Below, piece by piece: positions 38,788 to 50,546 of a DNA stretch of 64,000 bases (positions are counted from its first letter, which is position 1; each line of letters opens with the position of its first letter). The DNA is from Eledone cirrhosa. Lineage: Eukaryota. The stretch spans positions 406,534,001-406,598,000 of the forward strand of contig OZ024741.1 of the NCBI GenBank assembly GCA_964016885.1. The letters run 5' to 3'. The notes below the pieces were generated by a model. That model was not told the origin of the DNA and did not search any database. It saw nothing but the letters and a program-made list of their open reading frames with translations. Position numbers and translations under genes: made by a program.

Positions 38788-41700
38788 CTACAGACGTATA
38801 TTCAGAGTGGTCCCGTTCACTTGGACCATTCTCGCTACATTCACCCACCTTTCAACAAACTTGCTAGAAGGCAGCACTTGCCTCTCCACCCTGATTTTCC
38901 TCTTCAAGTGAAACTTTAAAAAGTTAATTAGGGATTCGCCGAAGAGGAAAGTGTCTGTCTTTAACCCTTTCAACCTTGTCCACCACACAATCTCTTTCGC
39001 CATGGGCACCAGGCAGATGAAAACCGCCTGCCCATCCTCCTCGAAGGAAGACTCGAGACCATCTGCACAATGGACTCAGTCGATAACCGGATTAGTCCTA
39101 CACGCGACAGCAACTGTTCGACATAGCTCCACAAGTCAGTAATGCTCGGGCACTGAACGAGTGCGTGCACGGCGGTTTCGTCGCTCTGCGCGCATCTCCG
39201 ACAGGCTCGGCTGACGGCACTTCCGTGCCTGTAGAGCTTATCTCGAACCAGCAGCACTGCCAGGCCAGGGATTTTTGGAAGTTATCCATAGGCTCTGGGC
39301 TCAAAGTTCTCCGGAAGAGAGCAAACAGCTGATCTTCCTCGACACCCAGGATCTCTCCGAGAACGTCGTCGCTCTTCCCCTCCACTAGTCCTCTATAGAA
39401 CGCCGAGGTGGATGTTCCACCGATACTGGTGTCCAGTTGGCAGAAGGCAGTGAGCACCTGGAGACATTCCAGCTTCCAAGCGCTATCCCTCGGTCTTTTC
39501 CTGACCCAGGACTGCAGCTCCGTCAAGGAGACGAGCTGTGGGAAAACGTGCCTGGCGAACGGCAACCACACCTGTTCACCGCCAAGAAAGCACCAGAGAT
39601 GTCGCAGCCTCAGCGCATGTTTGCACATCATCAGCCATGGCATGCTCAGTCCTCCACGCAACGGGTGTTGACAGCAGATGGATCGTTTGACCATGGGAGC
39701 AAGTCCCTTCCACAAAAAGCGGAAGAGAAGGCGCTCCATTTTGGGGAGAGTTGGGCCGGGAAAAAGGACGTCGGTCAGGCGGTAGCAGATGACGGATGCG
39801 ATGTACGCATTCGCCACCTCCGCCCGGCCTTTCAGAGACAGCTTCCTCTCGGCCCATTTCTGAGTGAGAGAAGCCACCCTGCTCATCACCTCGCTCCAGT
39901 TTTTCTCCATCTGGAGGTCCTGTCCGAACCAGACCCCGAGCAATTTAACCGGTCCGTCCGTCCAACGCCCCACGACGCTGTCGGACGGCATGGACTTGCC
40001 TCTCCAGGTGCCGAGCTGCAAGCCTACCGACTTTTCCTGGTTCATGTTTGCTCCTGTCACCGCTTCGTATTCATTGAGAGCGGTGCCGAGCATCTGGATG
40101 TTTCTGGTGCTCGACACCACCACGGTGACGTCGTCGGCGTAACCCGACTCGGATTTCCCGCATCCTAGTTCGCGTGGGACGCCCCTCGTCGCCCCCAGTT
40201 TGTGCAGTAACGGCTTGAGAGCCAATACGTACAAGAGGGACGAGAGGGGACAACCTTGGCGGACCAAGCGCATGATGCTGAATGGCTGCGACAGGTGACC
40301 GTTCACCTTCATAACTGAGCAGATGTCGCTGTACATCGCAGCGATCCAACCCCTGAAAACGGGCCTGAAACCGGCTGCCTCGAGGACCGCCGCCAGGACC
40401 CTATCGAATGCTTTGGATTGATCCAAGTTGATCAGAGCCCCACCCGTGCCAGGTTCCTTAACCACCCTCTCTATGATGTATCGCATGAGGTGGAGGTTGT
40501 CGTTTATGGATCTGTCCGGAATGGCGCATATCTGCGCCTCTCCCACCAGATCACCGACGACAAGTGCCAATCTTTTGCTAACATTTGGCCAAAAACTTGA
40601 ACTTTGCGTTTAGCAGTTATGGGCCTGAAATTATCAATAACATCCCCCTTTTTCGGGTCTTTTCTCAGCAGCGCCACCGCTCCCCGGCTCACAAAACTGG
40701 GAATGCTCCGGTTCTGCTGCCATAGCAGTAGACGTCTGCCAAGAGGTCACCGAACAAGTCTGGCATAAATGCATAAAGCTTGTAGGGCAGACCATCCAAA
40801 CCTGGTGATTTACCCCTCGTGCAGTTAGCCATCGCTTCCCGTATTTCACCGGCTGTTATTGGCTTTTCGCAACACTGTGCTGCGGTCGTCGAGAGCCGAG
40901 GCAGTCCGTCGAGGTATGCACTGAAGTCCATGCCCCGATCCGGCCCGCCGCTGCTCCCGAACATTTAATCGAAGTGCTGCTGAAAAGCTTCACACATCTG
41001 CTCGGGTTCGAGCAACACGCACCCGTTTTGGTCAGATAAAGACCGAATTGTGGCTATGTTGCCACGTCGCGCCTCTGCCACCCGAGCCCATTGGACGGCT
41101 TTTGTCCTTTCATGTTTCAGAGCACGCGCTCTAGCTCTGACAACGCAGCCTTCGTGTTTTGCGTTGAAGAATTGGTCGAGTGCCAATCTCGCCGCAAGCA
41201 CGGCGGTTGCGATGCCTGTCCTAAACGCCTCTTCTAGCTTTCTGACTAGCTCTCCCTCTACTCTATTTTCCTCTATCACTAATCCTTTGCTAAACCTAAT
41301 CGACTCTACTTTAATAGCCCTTTTCAGGGCAAACCACCACCTGTTGTTAACGACCGCTCCCGTCAACGGCCGCTGAACTAATACGTTAAACCGGTCTTTG
41401 TAGGCTTTGCGCACCGGGAAAGACGCGTTCAGCTTCCAGTAACCGGGTCCTTGTCTATGAAGTCTGTCTATGTTGATCTCACAAATTTGTGGTCTGTGTA
41501 GTCGACTATTTTAAATTGTGGACAACTTATACTAGCCTTATCTAGTTCCCTGCAGAATACCCTATCGAGATACGATCTGGATGACCCGATGCGGTTTGTC
41601 CATGAGACCACATTGGCACATTCGGGTGATCCAGTCGATACCTGTCAGACAGTTCAAAACGTCTGAGCAGGTTGGTAAGGCTCTTGCACCCTCCTCCCCT

Positions 41701-42171
41701 ATCCACTAGCTCCACACAATCCCAGCGTGCATCCAAGATACCGTTCCAGTCGCCCACTAACACTAAAGAGCGGGACGTTCCAAGAAAGGTCTCTAGACGT
41801 CTGAAGAAATCTGGCCGTCCTGTCCCTGTCGGGGCATAGACGGTTACTAGCCTGAAAGCGTTGCCTTCGGTGCCGCTTAAGTCCAGCACCACCGACTTAC
41901 CTTCTGGGTCCAGGAAGATGGTCCGTATGGCGAGACACAAGCCTTTCCGAAACAACACAGCCACTCCGCCTCCCGCTCCCGGACGGCTCGGAGATGCGTA
42001 CACCTCGTAACTGTCGAAGATCGGTGCGAAAGCTTGCGCTTCGGAGATTCTTGTCTCGCTGATGGCCACCACATCTATGTTTAGTAACCTGAGGTCGTTA
42101 AGCAAGTGACTCTGCTTCCAAACCCAGCTCAAGCCACGCACGTTTACACTTCCGATTCTGAATACGGCCAT
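38788..42171 (-). pseudogene. ORF2 of copy E (APE-RT-Zn finger), frameshifted
   Basis: MAVFRIGSVNVRGL, ISETR, GDWN, KSPGLDGLP, LDQSKAFDR, RQGCPLS, YADD, CRRC..ET..HALVQCP. Confidence 0.95.
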
Positions 42172-42203
42172 GTTGAGTGAAGAACGGGGCAAGTGAGAAA
42201 GGA

Positions 42204-44026
42204 TCACTTACCTTGATCATCTGGTGAAGGGACCGTTGAATCGTCCCTTCGGCTAGTCGTCGGCTCTTCTGTGCGTATATCCGAGTATACTCTCCGGTTT
42301 AGTGTCCCTCCTAGGTCTCTAAAATCACCAACTGCGTTGGGGAATTTCATTTTAATGTTTGTGTATTGTTTCTGTGCTATTCTTACCAGTCTTATGTTCG
42401 TTGGTGTTTTGATTGGTGCTGGTATTATGTAGTCGTGCTGTGAAATGTCTGTGTGTTCAATTATGTAAGTCGTTAGTTTCTTGTTGTGTGTATTTATTGC
42501 TGTGCATTTCTTTTTCTGGGGGTGGGGTGTGGTTCTGCTATTTTCTTGTCGTTGTTGCTGGGTGTGTGTGTTTTGTTGTTGTGTTTGCGATGTTGGTGCT
42601 TGTGGTGGTGTTGTTGAAGGTGTTGTTGTTGTTGTTGTTGTTGGCGGTGGGGTTGCCGCCGGTGGTGATGGTAGTGCTAGTGTGGGTGGTAATGGTGTTG
42701 GTGGTGTTGCTGCTGTAAGTCTTTTTGCAGTAGCCTTCACCCTTTTTTCATTTCTTCCCTCCCTTTTCGAAGGCGACGCTTCTGCATTTGTGCCTTCTTG
42801 CGACCTTTTGCCACCCCTCTCTCACCTCACACTCCATGTCCGATTCTGTGAGGTCGGGGAGGGGTACCAGCTCCACTCTTTCACTTGTTCTTGTTGGTTA
42901 TGGTTGCAGTGGAGTCTTTGTTGCAGCTGCAGTTGGTATTACTGTTGTTGTTGTTGTTAATACTTCCACTGTTGCTGCTGTTCTTGATTTCCGTGGCGTG
43001 GGTATGGGTGCCACGGACCTATCCTTCCTGCTTGCCGCCTGTCCTGTTGCTGGTAGCAGTGGAGCCGGTTTCGGTAAGAGGGGGGTTTTCTCCTTTCTCA
43101 GGGTCTTCTCATTGCAGAAGGCCCTGAGGTGGGTCAGTTTGACCCTCACAATTTTTTGCCCGCAGTAGGAGGGCACCAACACCATTTCCTCGCTCCTTAG
43201 GGTCACTAAGGATTGAGCCTTTGCCTCCTGGGTTGTGGCAAAAAGCACGTCCATGGTGGAATATTTCTTGCCTCGGGTGATATGCGTTTTCCGCTGCCAC
43301 ACAGACCCTAAGGCTTTTTGTATTTGAGCCTCTGTGGCTCTTTCAACCCTACGTGATATTGTGCTTACAGTACGGTACGTGACCGTACAGTGCTGTTGGG
43401 TTTCGAAAAGTTCTTCGGCTGCCTTGCAGATTGCTCGGTGTCCGGTTTTCGTCACCATCTTCCTTGCTTCCTGTAATTCCTTTGTTATAAGGATGGTTTG
43501 CGATACTTGCAAACGAGATTGGTTTTTCTTTCTTGTTGTTGTTGTGGTCAGAGCTGCTGTTACTTTTGTTGTTGCTGCTGGTACTACGACCACCGCCGCC
43601 GCTGTTGCTGTTGTTGTTGTTGTTGCTGTTGCTGCTGTTGTTGTTGTTGTTGCTGTTGCTGCTGCTGTTGTGGTTTATGCTGCTGCTGATGTTGTTGTGG
43701 CTGCTACTAGTATTTTCCTCGCCACTGTTGCTGCTGCTGCTATTCTTCATGACGTCAGACGAATAAAATGGCTTTCCGTATTTACCGCACACATCTTTCG
43801 TTTTCGTTGTCGTGGAGAAATGTTCCACGGTACGCGCGTTCTCTTAATGAAGAACGCTACGAGAAACTACATTTTCTTTTTCTTTAATGGCGTCGCTTGC
43901 GAAAGAGGTGACACCACATTTAGAGAAGGGAGGGAGAGAGACAATCTTTTCTCTGACGTAATGACGATTGGGGAAGAAGACGGAAGGAGTGGGAGTGACT
44001 TGTGAAAATTATTTTTTGTAGCCATG
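42204..44026 (-). pseudogene. ORF1 of copy E, frameshifted with an internal deletion
   Basis: Weak similarity to ORF1 of B/D (SFA...L.EA...TVTYRTVS...PSY.G). Only HLRAFC remains of the zinc knuckle. Confidence 0.7.
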
Positions 44027-44254
44027 TTTTTTTACGGTTTAAAATGAATATTGGGCACAAATCCCCAATAACTGGTTATTTAACCCCGAAGGGTCATATA
44101 ACTGGCAGAAAGACCCCTCTCACGAGGAGGAGGGTGTCTTTATCTACAATTTGGCTCAAGTTTAAAACAATTTACAATTGTTATAACGGTTAAAACTTAC
44201 AATACCTTACAGAGCCGAGCCTCCGTCAACCTTGGCATTCAATAATAATAATAA

Positions 44255-44430
44255 TAATTGTTTCTACTTTAGGCACAAGGCCAGCAATTACCCAGTGCAT
44301 TACTGGTACTTTATTTTATCGACCCTGTAAGGATGAAAGGCAAAGTCAACCTCGGCGGGATTTGAACTCAGATCGTAAAGGGACGTAACTATTCTGGAAA
44401 GCATGGCGTCCGACCCTCTACCGATACTGC
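44255..44430 (-). mobile_element. Dominant SINE copy between Tx1 copies E and F
   Basis: Nearly identical to 37955-38135, with (ATA)n on both sides. Confidence 0.85.
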
Positions 44431-44443
44431 AATAATAATAATG

Positions 44444-46665
44444 GTTTCTTTACTGGCCACAAGGGCTAACATGAAGAAAAACATTACAGACGGCACAGAA
44501 CGATACAAAGTGGGTTTTGGTCGTGTAAAAATGTTATAAAAGACAGAAGCGTGTAAAATAAATTAAAATTCAAACAACAAAAATTCCCCAATAAGGGGGA
44601 AGCCTCCAAGGGTCACTCATGGCGAAAACTACACCAAAGACCACGGCCACCCTGACCACCAAGGCAAGTGCCCTCTCTCAGTTTTCCCACTCCTTAGTCT
44701 ACAGGCGCATATTCAGAGTATTCACTCAGAGTTCACACGGCCCAGACTCGCCACTTTCACCCACCTTTCAACAAACTTACTAGAAGACAGCACTTGCCTC
44801 TCCCTCTTCAAAAGAAACTTGAAAAAGTAAATCAGGGATTGGCCGGAGAGGAAAGTGTCCGTTTTCAATCCTTTCAACCTTGTCCACCCACACAATCTCT
44901 TTCGTCGTGGCCACCAGGCAGATGAAGACTGCTTCCTCCTCTTTAAAAGAGGACAGCGGGGCTATCTGCACAATGGGCTCAGTCGATAACCGGATCCGTC
45001 CTACACGCGACAACAACTGTTCGACATAGCCCCACAAGTCAGCAATTCTCGGGCACTGAACGAGTGCGTGTAGGACGGTTTCGTCGTCCTGCGCGCATCT
45101 CGGACAGGCTCGGCTAACAGCACCTCCGTGTCTGTAGAGCTTATCCCGAACCGGCAACGCTCCCCAGTAGCACTGCCAGGCCAGCGATTTCTGGAAATTG
45201 TCCATAGGTCCCGGGCTCAAAGTTCTTTTGAAGAGAGCAAACAGTTGATCGTCTTCGACGCCCAGGGTCTCCCCGAGAACGTCGTCGCTCTTCCCCTCCA
45301 CTAGCCCTCTATAGAACGCCAAGGTGAATGTTCCATCGATATCAGTGCCCAGCTGGTAGAGGGCGGTGAGCGCCTGGAGACATTCCAGCTTCCAAGCGCT
45401 ATCCCTCGGTCTTTTTCTGATCCAGGACTGCAGCTCCGTCAAGGAGACGAGCTGGGGGAAAGCGTGTCTGGCGAACGGCGACCACACCTGTTCACCGTCA
45501 AGGAAGCACCAGAGATGTCGTAGCCTCAGCGCATGTTTGCGCATCATTAGCCACGGTATGCACAGACCTACACGCAACGGGTGCTGACAGCAGGTGGATC
45601 GTTTGACCATGGGAGCACGCCCCTTCCACAAAACGCGGAAGAGAAGGCGCTCCATTTTGGTCAGAGTTGGACGGGGGCAAGGTACGACGGTCAGGCGGTA
45701 GCAGATGACGGATGCGATGTACGCATTTCCCACCTCCGCCCGACCTTTCAGAGACAGCCTCCTCTTGGCCCATTTCTGGGTGAGAGAAGCCACCCTGCTT
45801 GTCACCTCGCTCCAGTTTTTCTCCATCTGCAGGTCCGGATCGAACCAGACTCCGAGCAATTTAACCGGTCTCTCCTTCCAGCGCCCCACGACGCTGTCGG
45901 ACGGCATGGACTTTCTTCTCCAGGTACCGAGCTGCAATCCTACCTACTTTTCCTGGTTTATCTTTGCTCCTGTCACCGCTTCGTATTCATTGAGAGCGGT
46001 GCCGAGCATCTGGACGTGTTTAGTGCTCGACACCACCACGGTGACGCCCTCGGCATAAGCCGATACGGATCTTCCGCATCCTAGTTCGCGAGGTACCCCC
46101 CTCATGGTTTCCAATTTGTGCAGTAATGATTCGAGAGCCAGTACGTACAAGAGGGACGAGAGGGGACAACCTTGGCGGACCGAGCGCATGATGCTGAATG
46201 GCTGCGACAGGTGACCATTCACCCTCACATTCGAGCAGATGTCACTGTGCATCGCAGCGATCCAGACTTTAAAAATGGGCCCGAAGCCGGCTGCCTCGAG
46301 GACCGCACACAGGTACCAATGGCCGACCCTATCAAATGCTTTAGATTGATCCACGTTGATCAGAGCCCCACCCGTGCCAGGTTCCTTAACCACCCTCTCT
46401 ATGATGTATCGCATGAGATGGAGGTTGTCGTGGATGGATCTGTCCGAAATGGCGCATATCTGCGCCTCTCCCACCAGATCACTGACGACAAGCGCCAATC
46501 TTTTACTAACACCTTGGCCAAAATCTTCAACTCTGCGTTTAGCAGAGTTATGGGCCTGAAGTTGTCTATAACGTCCCCTTTGTTCGGGTCTTTTCTCAAC
46601 AGCGCCACCGCTCCCCGGCTCACAAAACTGGGAATGCTCCCGTTCTGCTCCCAGTTACAGTAGAC
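44444..46665 (-). mobile_element. Tx1-clade LINE copy F (5'-truncated, RT to 3' UTR)
   Basis: FRPITLLNAELKILAK, QSKAFDR, RQGCPLS, mutated YAEG, CPRC..HALVQCP. Same subfamily as copy E. Confidence 0.92.
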
Positions 46666-46745
46666 ATGAACCGGTACAAATCGACATTTCTGCGTGAAAA
46701 ACAAAACAACATTATAAATATAAAAAGCGAAATAATAATAATAAT

Positions 46746-47365
46746 ATGTAGGGAGGGAGAGGAAACTGTGGTTCACATCGTATCCGAGTGTAAACACCTA
46801 GCCCAGACTCACTATAAAAGATGGCGGCACGATGTCACAGGAAAAAGTGATCCACTGGTATTTATGGTGAATAATTTACCTCACTCTGAGAAGTGGTATT
46901 AGTAGAAGCCAGAGTCGGTGACAGTACACGGTCGGGTGAAGGTGCTATGGGACTTCGGGATACAAATAGAAAAAGAATTAGAACACAATAGGCCTGACAT
47001 AGTGTACTTTGACAAGGAAAAAATATCTTGCTTGATTATAGATGTATGTAGTTTGCCCATTTGACACAAGAGTGCAAGAAAAGGGGAAGGATCCAGGATC
47101 TAGAGTGAGGACTGAAAAGGATTTGGAACGGTCATAAGATAAAAATCATCCCCTTCGTTATTGGAGCACTAGGTACTATCTTGAAGAACTTCCAAGACTG
47201 GCTAAAGAACATTAGTCCAGCCCCCCTTTTTTTTTTTTTTTTTAACACTCCAGAAGACATACCTATTGAGTACTACGATACATTCTGAATATCTGGGACT
47301 GCAGGTAGCAGTTTGGGCGAATTTTCATTTGGGCGAATTTTCCAGTTAAATAACATAACAATAAT
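46746..47365 (+). mobile_element. R4/Dong-like LINE 3' fragment (CCHC Zn finger + RLE)
   Basis: CREGEETVVHIVSECKHLAQTHYKRWRHD...KVLWDFGIQ...HNRPDIV..DK...IIDV...PFVIGALGTI. Starts right after (TAA)n. Confidence 0.85.
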
Positions 47366-47647
47366 GTTTGTTGAGGCACATGGCCAGCAATTTGAAATGG
47401 AGGGAAAGTCGATTAAATAGACCCCGGTATGTGACTGGTATTTTATCGACCCCATAAGAATGAAAGGAAAAGTTAACCTCGGCGAGATTTGAACTCAAAC
47501 AGTAAAGGACCATAACTCTATGCAGCAAACCATGATGTCTGACTCTCTTCCGACACTGCCAATCCATCGCCCTCAACAGTATCGAGTACTCTGGTGCGTT
47601 ATGATCCACATGGTTCCTTACCACACTTCCTTCGTTATCTATACTAG

Positions 47648-48172
47648 CAGAAAAACCACCCTCGGGGGGTTTTCTGCTAGCATGTGTAGTGTGTATATTG
47701 ATATTATACGCAGGCATATATACATGTAGATATGATACATGTGTAGTGTGTATATTGATATTATACGCAGGCATATATACATGTAGATATGATACATCAA
47801 ATAACATCGTAATTGACAATATACACAGAAATTGAACGAAGACTGCGTTACACTGTCTCATGTAATCAGTAACGTAATCCATGATACATTAAATAAAACG
47901 ATATTATATATAAACTGCATTAGGAGAAAATTAGTGACGGAAATATATGAATATTTATTTAAGCGATCGCTAACCGGAAGTTTGAAAATGTTAGAGAAGT
48001 GAATCTTTAAATAAATAATAAAATATATTTAATGAACAGCCACGAAATTTAGTAGATAAATTATGTAATATTCATTCATTATTTATTCAAAGTAATCCAA
48101 CTTATTTTACTAAGGGGATAAAAAATTATAAACCGTACGCAATCCCGCGCTTCTTACTTTATTATAGTTTAT
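47648..48172 (-). mobile_element. Non-autonomous Helitron (family H1)
   Basis: 3' terminal palindrome CTAGCAGAAAAACC...GGTTTTCTGCTAG. Colinear with 56266-56803, including an internal duplication of about 54 bp. Confidence 0.7.
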
Positions 48173-48859
48173 ATATATATATATATAGTATTAAGGATAC
48201 TATTTATGGTTATGTATATACTAAAACTTTTTATAGTTATATATATTTTAAACCCTAAACAGTGAAAGACATAAGGTAGTAATAAATTACTACCTTATTA
48301 CCAGTAAGATAAATAGCTCAATGTAATAATATCAGTTGTTCTACAGAGCAGTTATATAGAATTCACAGGAATCAAAGCTATGTTCAAAGCATTTATTAGC
48401 TTACAATTGTTTCATCCAAACCGAGGCTTGGAGTTTTCGGAGCATTTTTCAATGTTTGTATATATACATGACCTCCTTTCCAACGCAAGAGACATACAGA
48501 TACATATGTATATATTGATGTACAGTGGAGTGACATATATTATATTATTTCTGAATGTCAGTTTAAATTCAAAAATTAAAATCACATTAAAACAGAATCA
48601 AAGCAAAATTAAAATTAAAATACAACATCAATGCAAATTTAAAATACAATCGGCAGTTAACGTAGATAATGCAAGAGGATAGTTTGTTAGTCAGATGTAG
48701 TAGTTATTGTATGCATTAGTTACACGTGGGGCATGCACGTGTGTCTTATTTATATATGATTATTGTGCGGCAGGGTGTTATATGTAATACAAGCACTTTA
48801 AGCGGGTAATCAAGAGTATTATAGAGGTTGTAGTGGTAAGGTATTTTTTGTATATGATA

Positions 48860-49763
48860 AAGAAGCTTGTGTGCAGAAAAATAGTATAAATGAGAAACAA
48901 AATAATGTTATGGTTTTTGTATACACCACCATTTTCACATTCAGGAAACGTAATATATAGAAATTTCTCGTTTTCTGAAAGTTGCAAGATCTTTTGTCCA
49001 CAAGATTTGGTGTGAGTTAGAGAAAGAAGATGGAAGTGTATTACCTGTATCAAAACGTAAAAAACATTCCAAACGCTCTGATTCTACCAGGACACCTGAA
49101 TATATTCAAGAAGTTAAGCAAAACATTGATGACAATCCAGGAAAATCAATGAGGTCAATTGCAAAAAGTCTTGGTGTGTCAGAAAAAATAATCAGAAATG
49201 TTGTGCATGAAGACATCAGATACAAATCTTACGTGATGAGGAGAGGTCAATTCATGTCAGAAAAAAACAAAAGAAAAGCGTTTAATCAGATCCAAAAGAT
49301 ATTTAAACAAACTTAAAAATCCATCAGAAGATGATGTTATTTGGTTTTTCTCAGCTGAGAAAAACTTTGACCAGGACCAGAAAACTAACAGAAGAAATGA
49401 CAGATGGCTATGTGCAAACCATTCTGAGGTTCCACAATGTCCTGCGTCATGGTTTTGGGTGTTGTTAGCAATGAAGGACATGTGATGCCTCCTCACTTTT
49501 TTCCACATATATTGAGGTTCTGGATAAAGTTGTTAAACAGTGTATGGAATGGAAGGCCTTATGTCTTTCAACGACATTCTGCACCATCACACAAGGCTCA
49601 AATTACACAACAATGGATGGCCGACAATTTTCATGATCACATCACCCCTAACATTTGGCCTCCTAATTCACCAGAGCTCAATCTACTGGACTACTATGTT
49701 AAGAAAAATGTCAATGAACACCCCCATAGCACCAAAGATTCTTTGAAAGCTGCCATAACTTAA
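48860..49763 (+). pseudogene. Decayed Tc1/mariner transposase (DD37D/maT-like)
   Basis: NPGKSMRSIAKSLGVS (HTH), FFSAEKNF (FSDEK), VMVLGVVS, YVFQRHSAPSH, WPPNSPELNLLDYYV. Catalytic residues are mutated and the 3' end is cut by a SINE. Confidence 0.88.
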
Positions 49764-49764
49764 T

Positions 49765-50110
49765 AATTGTTTCTATTTTAGGCACAAGGCCAGAAATAAC
49801 CCAGTACATTACTGGTACTTTATTTTATCGACCCCGTAAGGATGAAAGGCAAAGTTAACCTCGGCGGGATTTGAACTCAGAATGGCAAGGGCCGTAACTC
49901 TATGCGTCATAACTTAATAATAATGGTAGATTGGTAGTATCGATAGAGGGTCGGACGCCATGCTTTGCAGCAAAGAGTTACGGCCCTTTATGATCTGAGT
50001 TCAGATCCTGTCGAGGTTAACTTCGCCTTTCATCCTTACGGGGTCGATAAAATAAAGTACCAGTAATGCACTGGGTAATTGCTGGCCTTGTACCTAAAGT
50101 AGAAACAATT
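49765..50110. mobile_element. Two dominant SINE copies head-to-head (- then +)
   Basis: Core motif present in both orientations. Confidence 0.85.
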
Positions 50111-50546
50111 ATTACTATGTATAAATATATGTGTGTGTCTGTGTATCTGTGTCTGTGTGTATGTGTGTCTGTGTATGTGTGCCTGTCTGTGTCTGTGTGT
50201 CTGTGTCTGTGTCTGTGTCTGTGTGTCTGTGTCTGCGTGTCTGTGTGTGTGTGTCTGTGGGTCTGTGTGTGTGTATGTGTGTGTCTATCTGTCTGTGTGT
50301 CTGTATGTCTGTCTCTGTGTGTCTGTGTGTCTGTGTGTGTGTCTATGTGACTGTATGTCTGTGTATGTGTGTCTGTATCTGTGTGTGTGTGCCTGCGTCT
50401 GTGTGTCTGTGACTGTGTCTATGTCTATGTGTCTGTATGTCTGTGTGTCTATGTGTGTGTATGTGTGTGTATACATATAGATATATATTTGCCGTAGCGA
50501 CGGAGCTTACACGAGATTTCTGCAATTGATAGCTTCCACCATAGAA

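Larger units (their letters stand above)
38485..44240 (-). mobile_element. Tx1-clade LINE copy E, near full length, second subfamily
   Basis: ORF1 remnants at about 44026-42204 and ORF2 at 42171-38788. (ATA)n on both flanks. Confidence 0.92.

Noticed and set aside
21863-46665. Intact active reverse transcriptase gene
   Set aside because: Every Tx1 ORF2 has stops or frameshifts. The antisense ORFs over these copies are shadow frames of GC-rich coding DNA.
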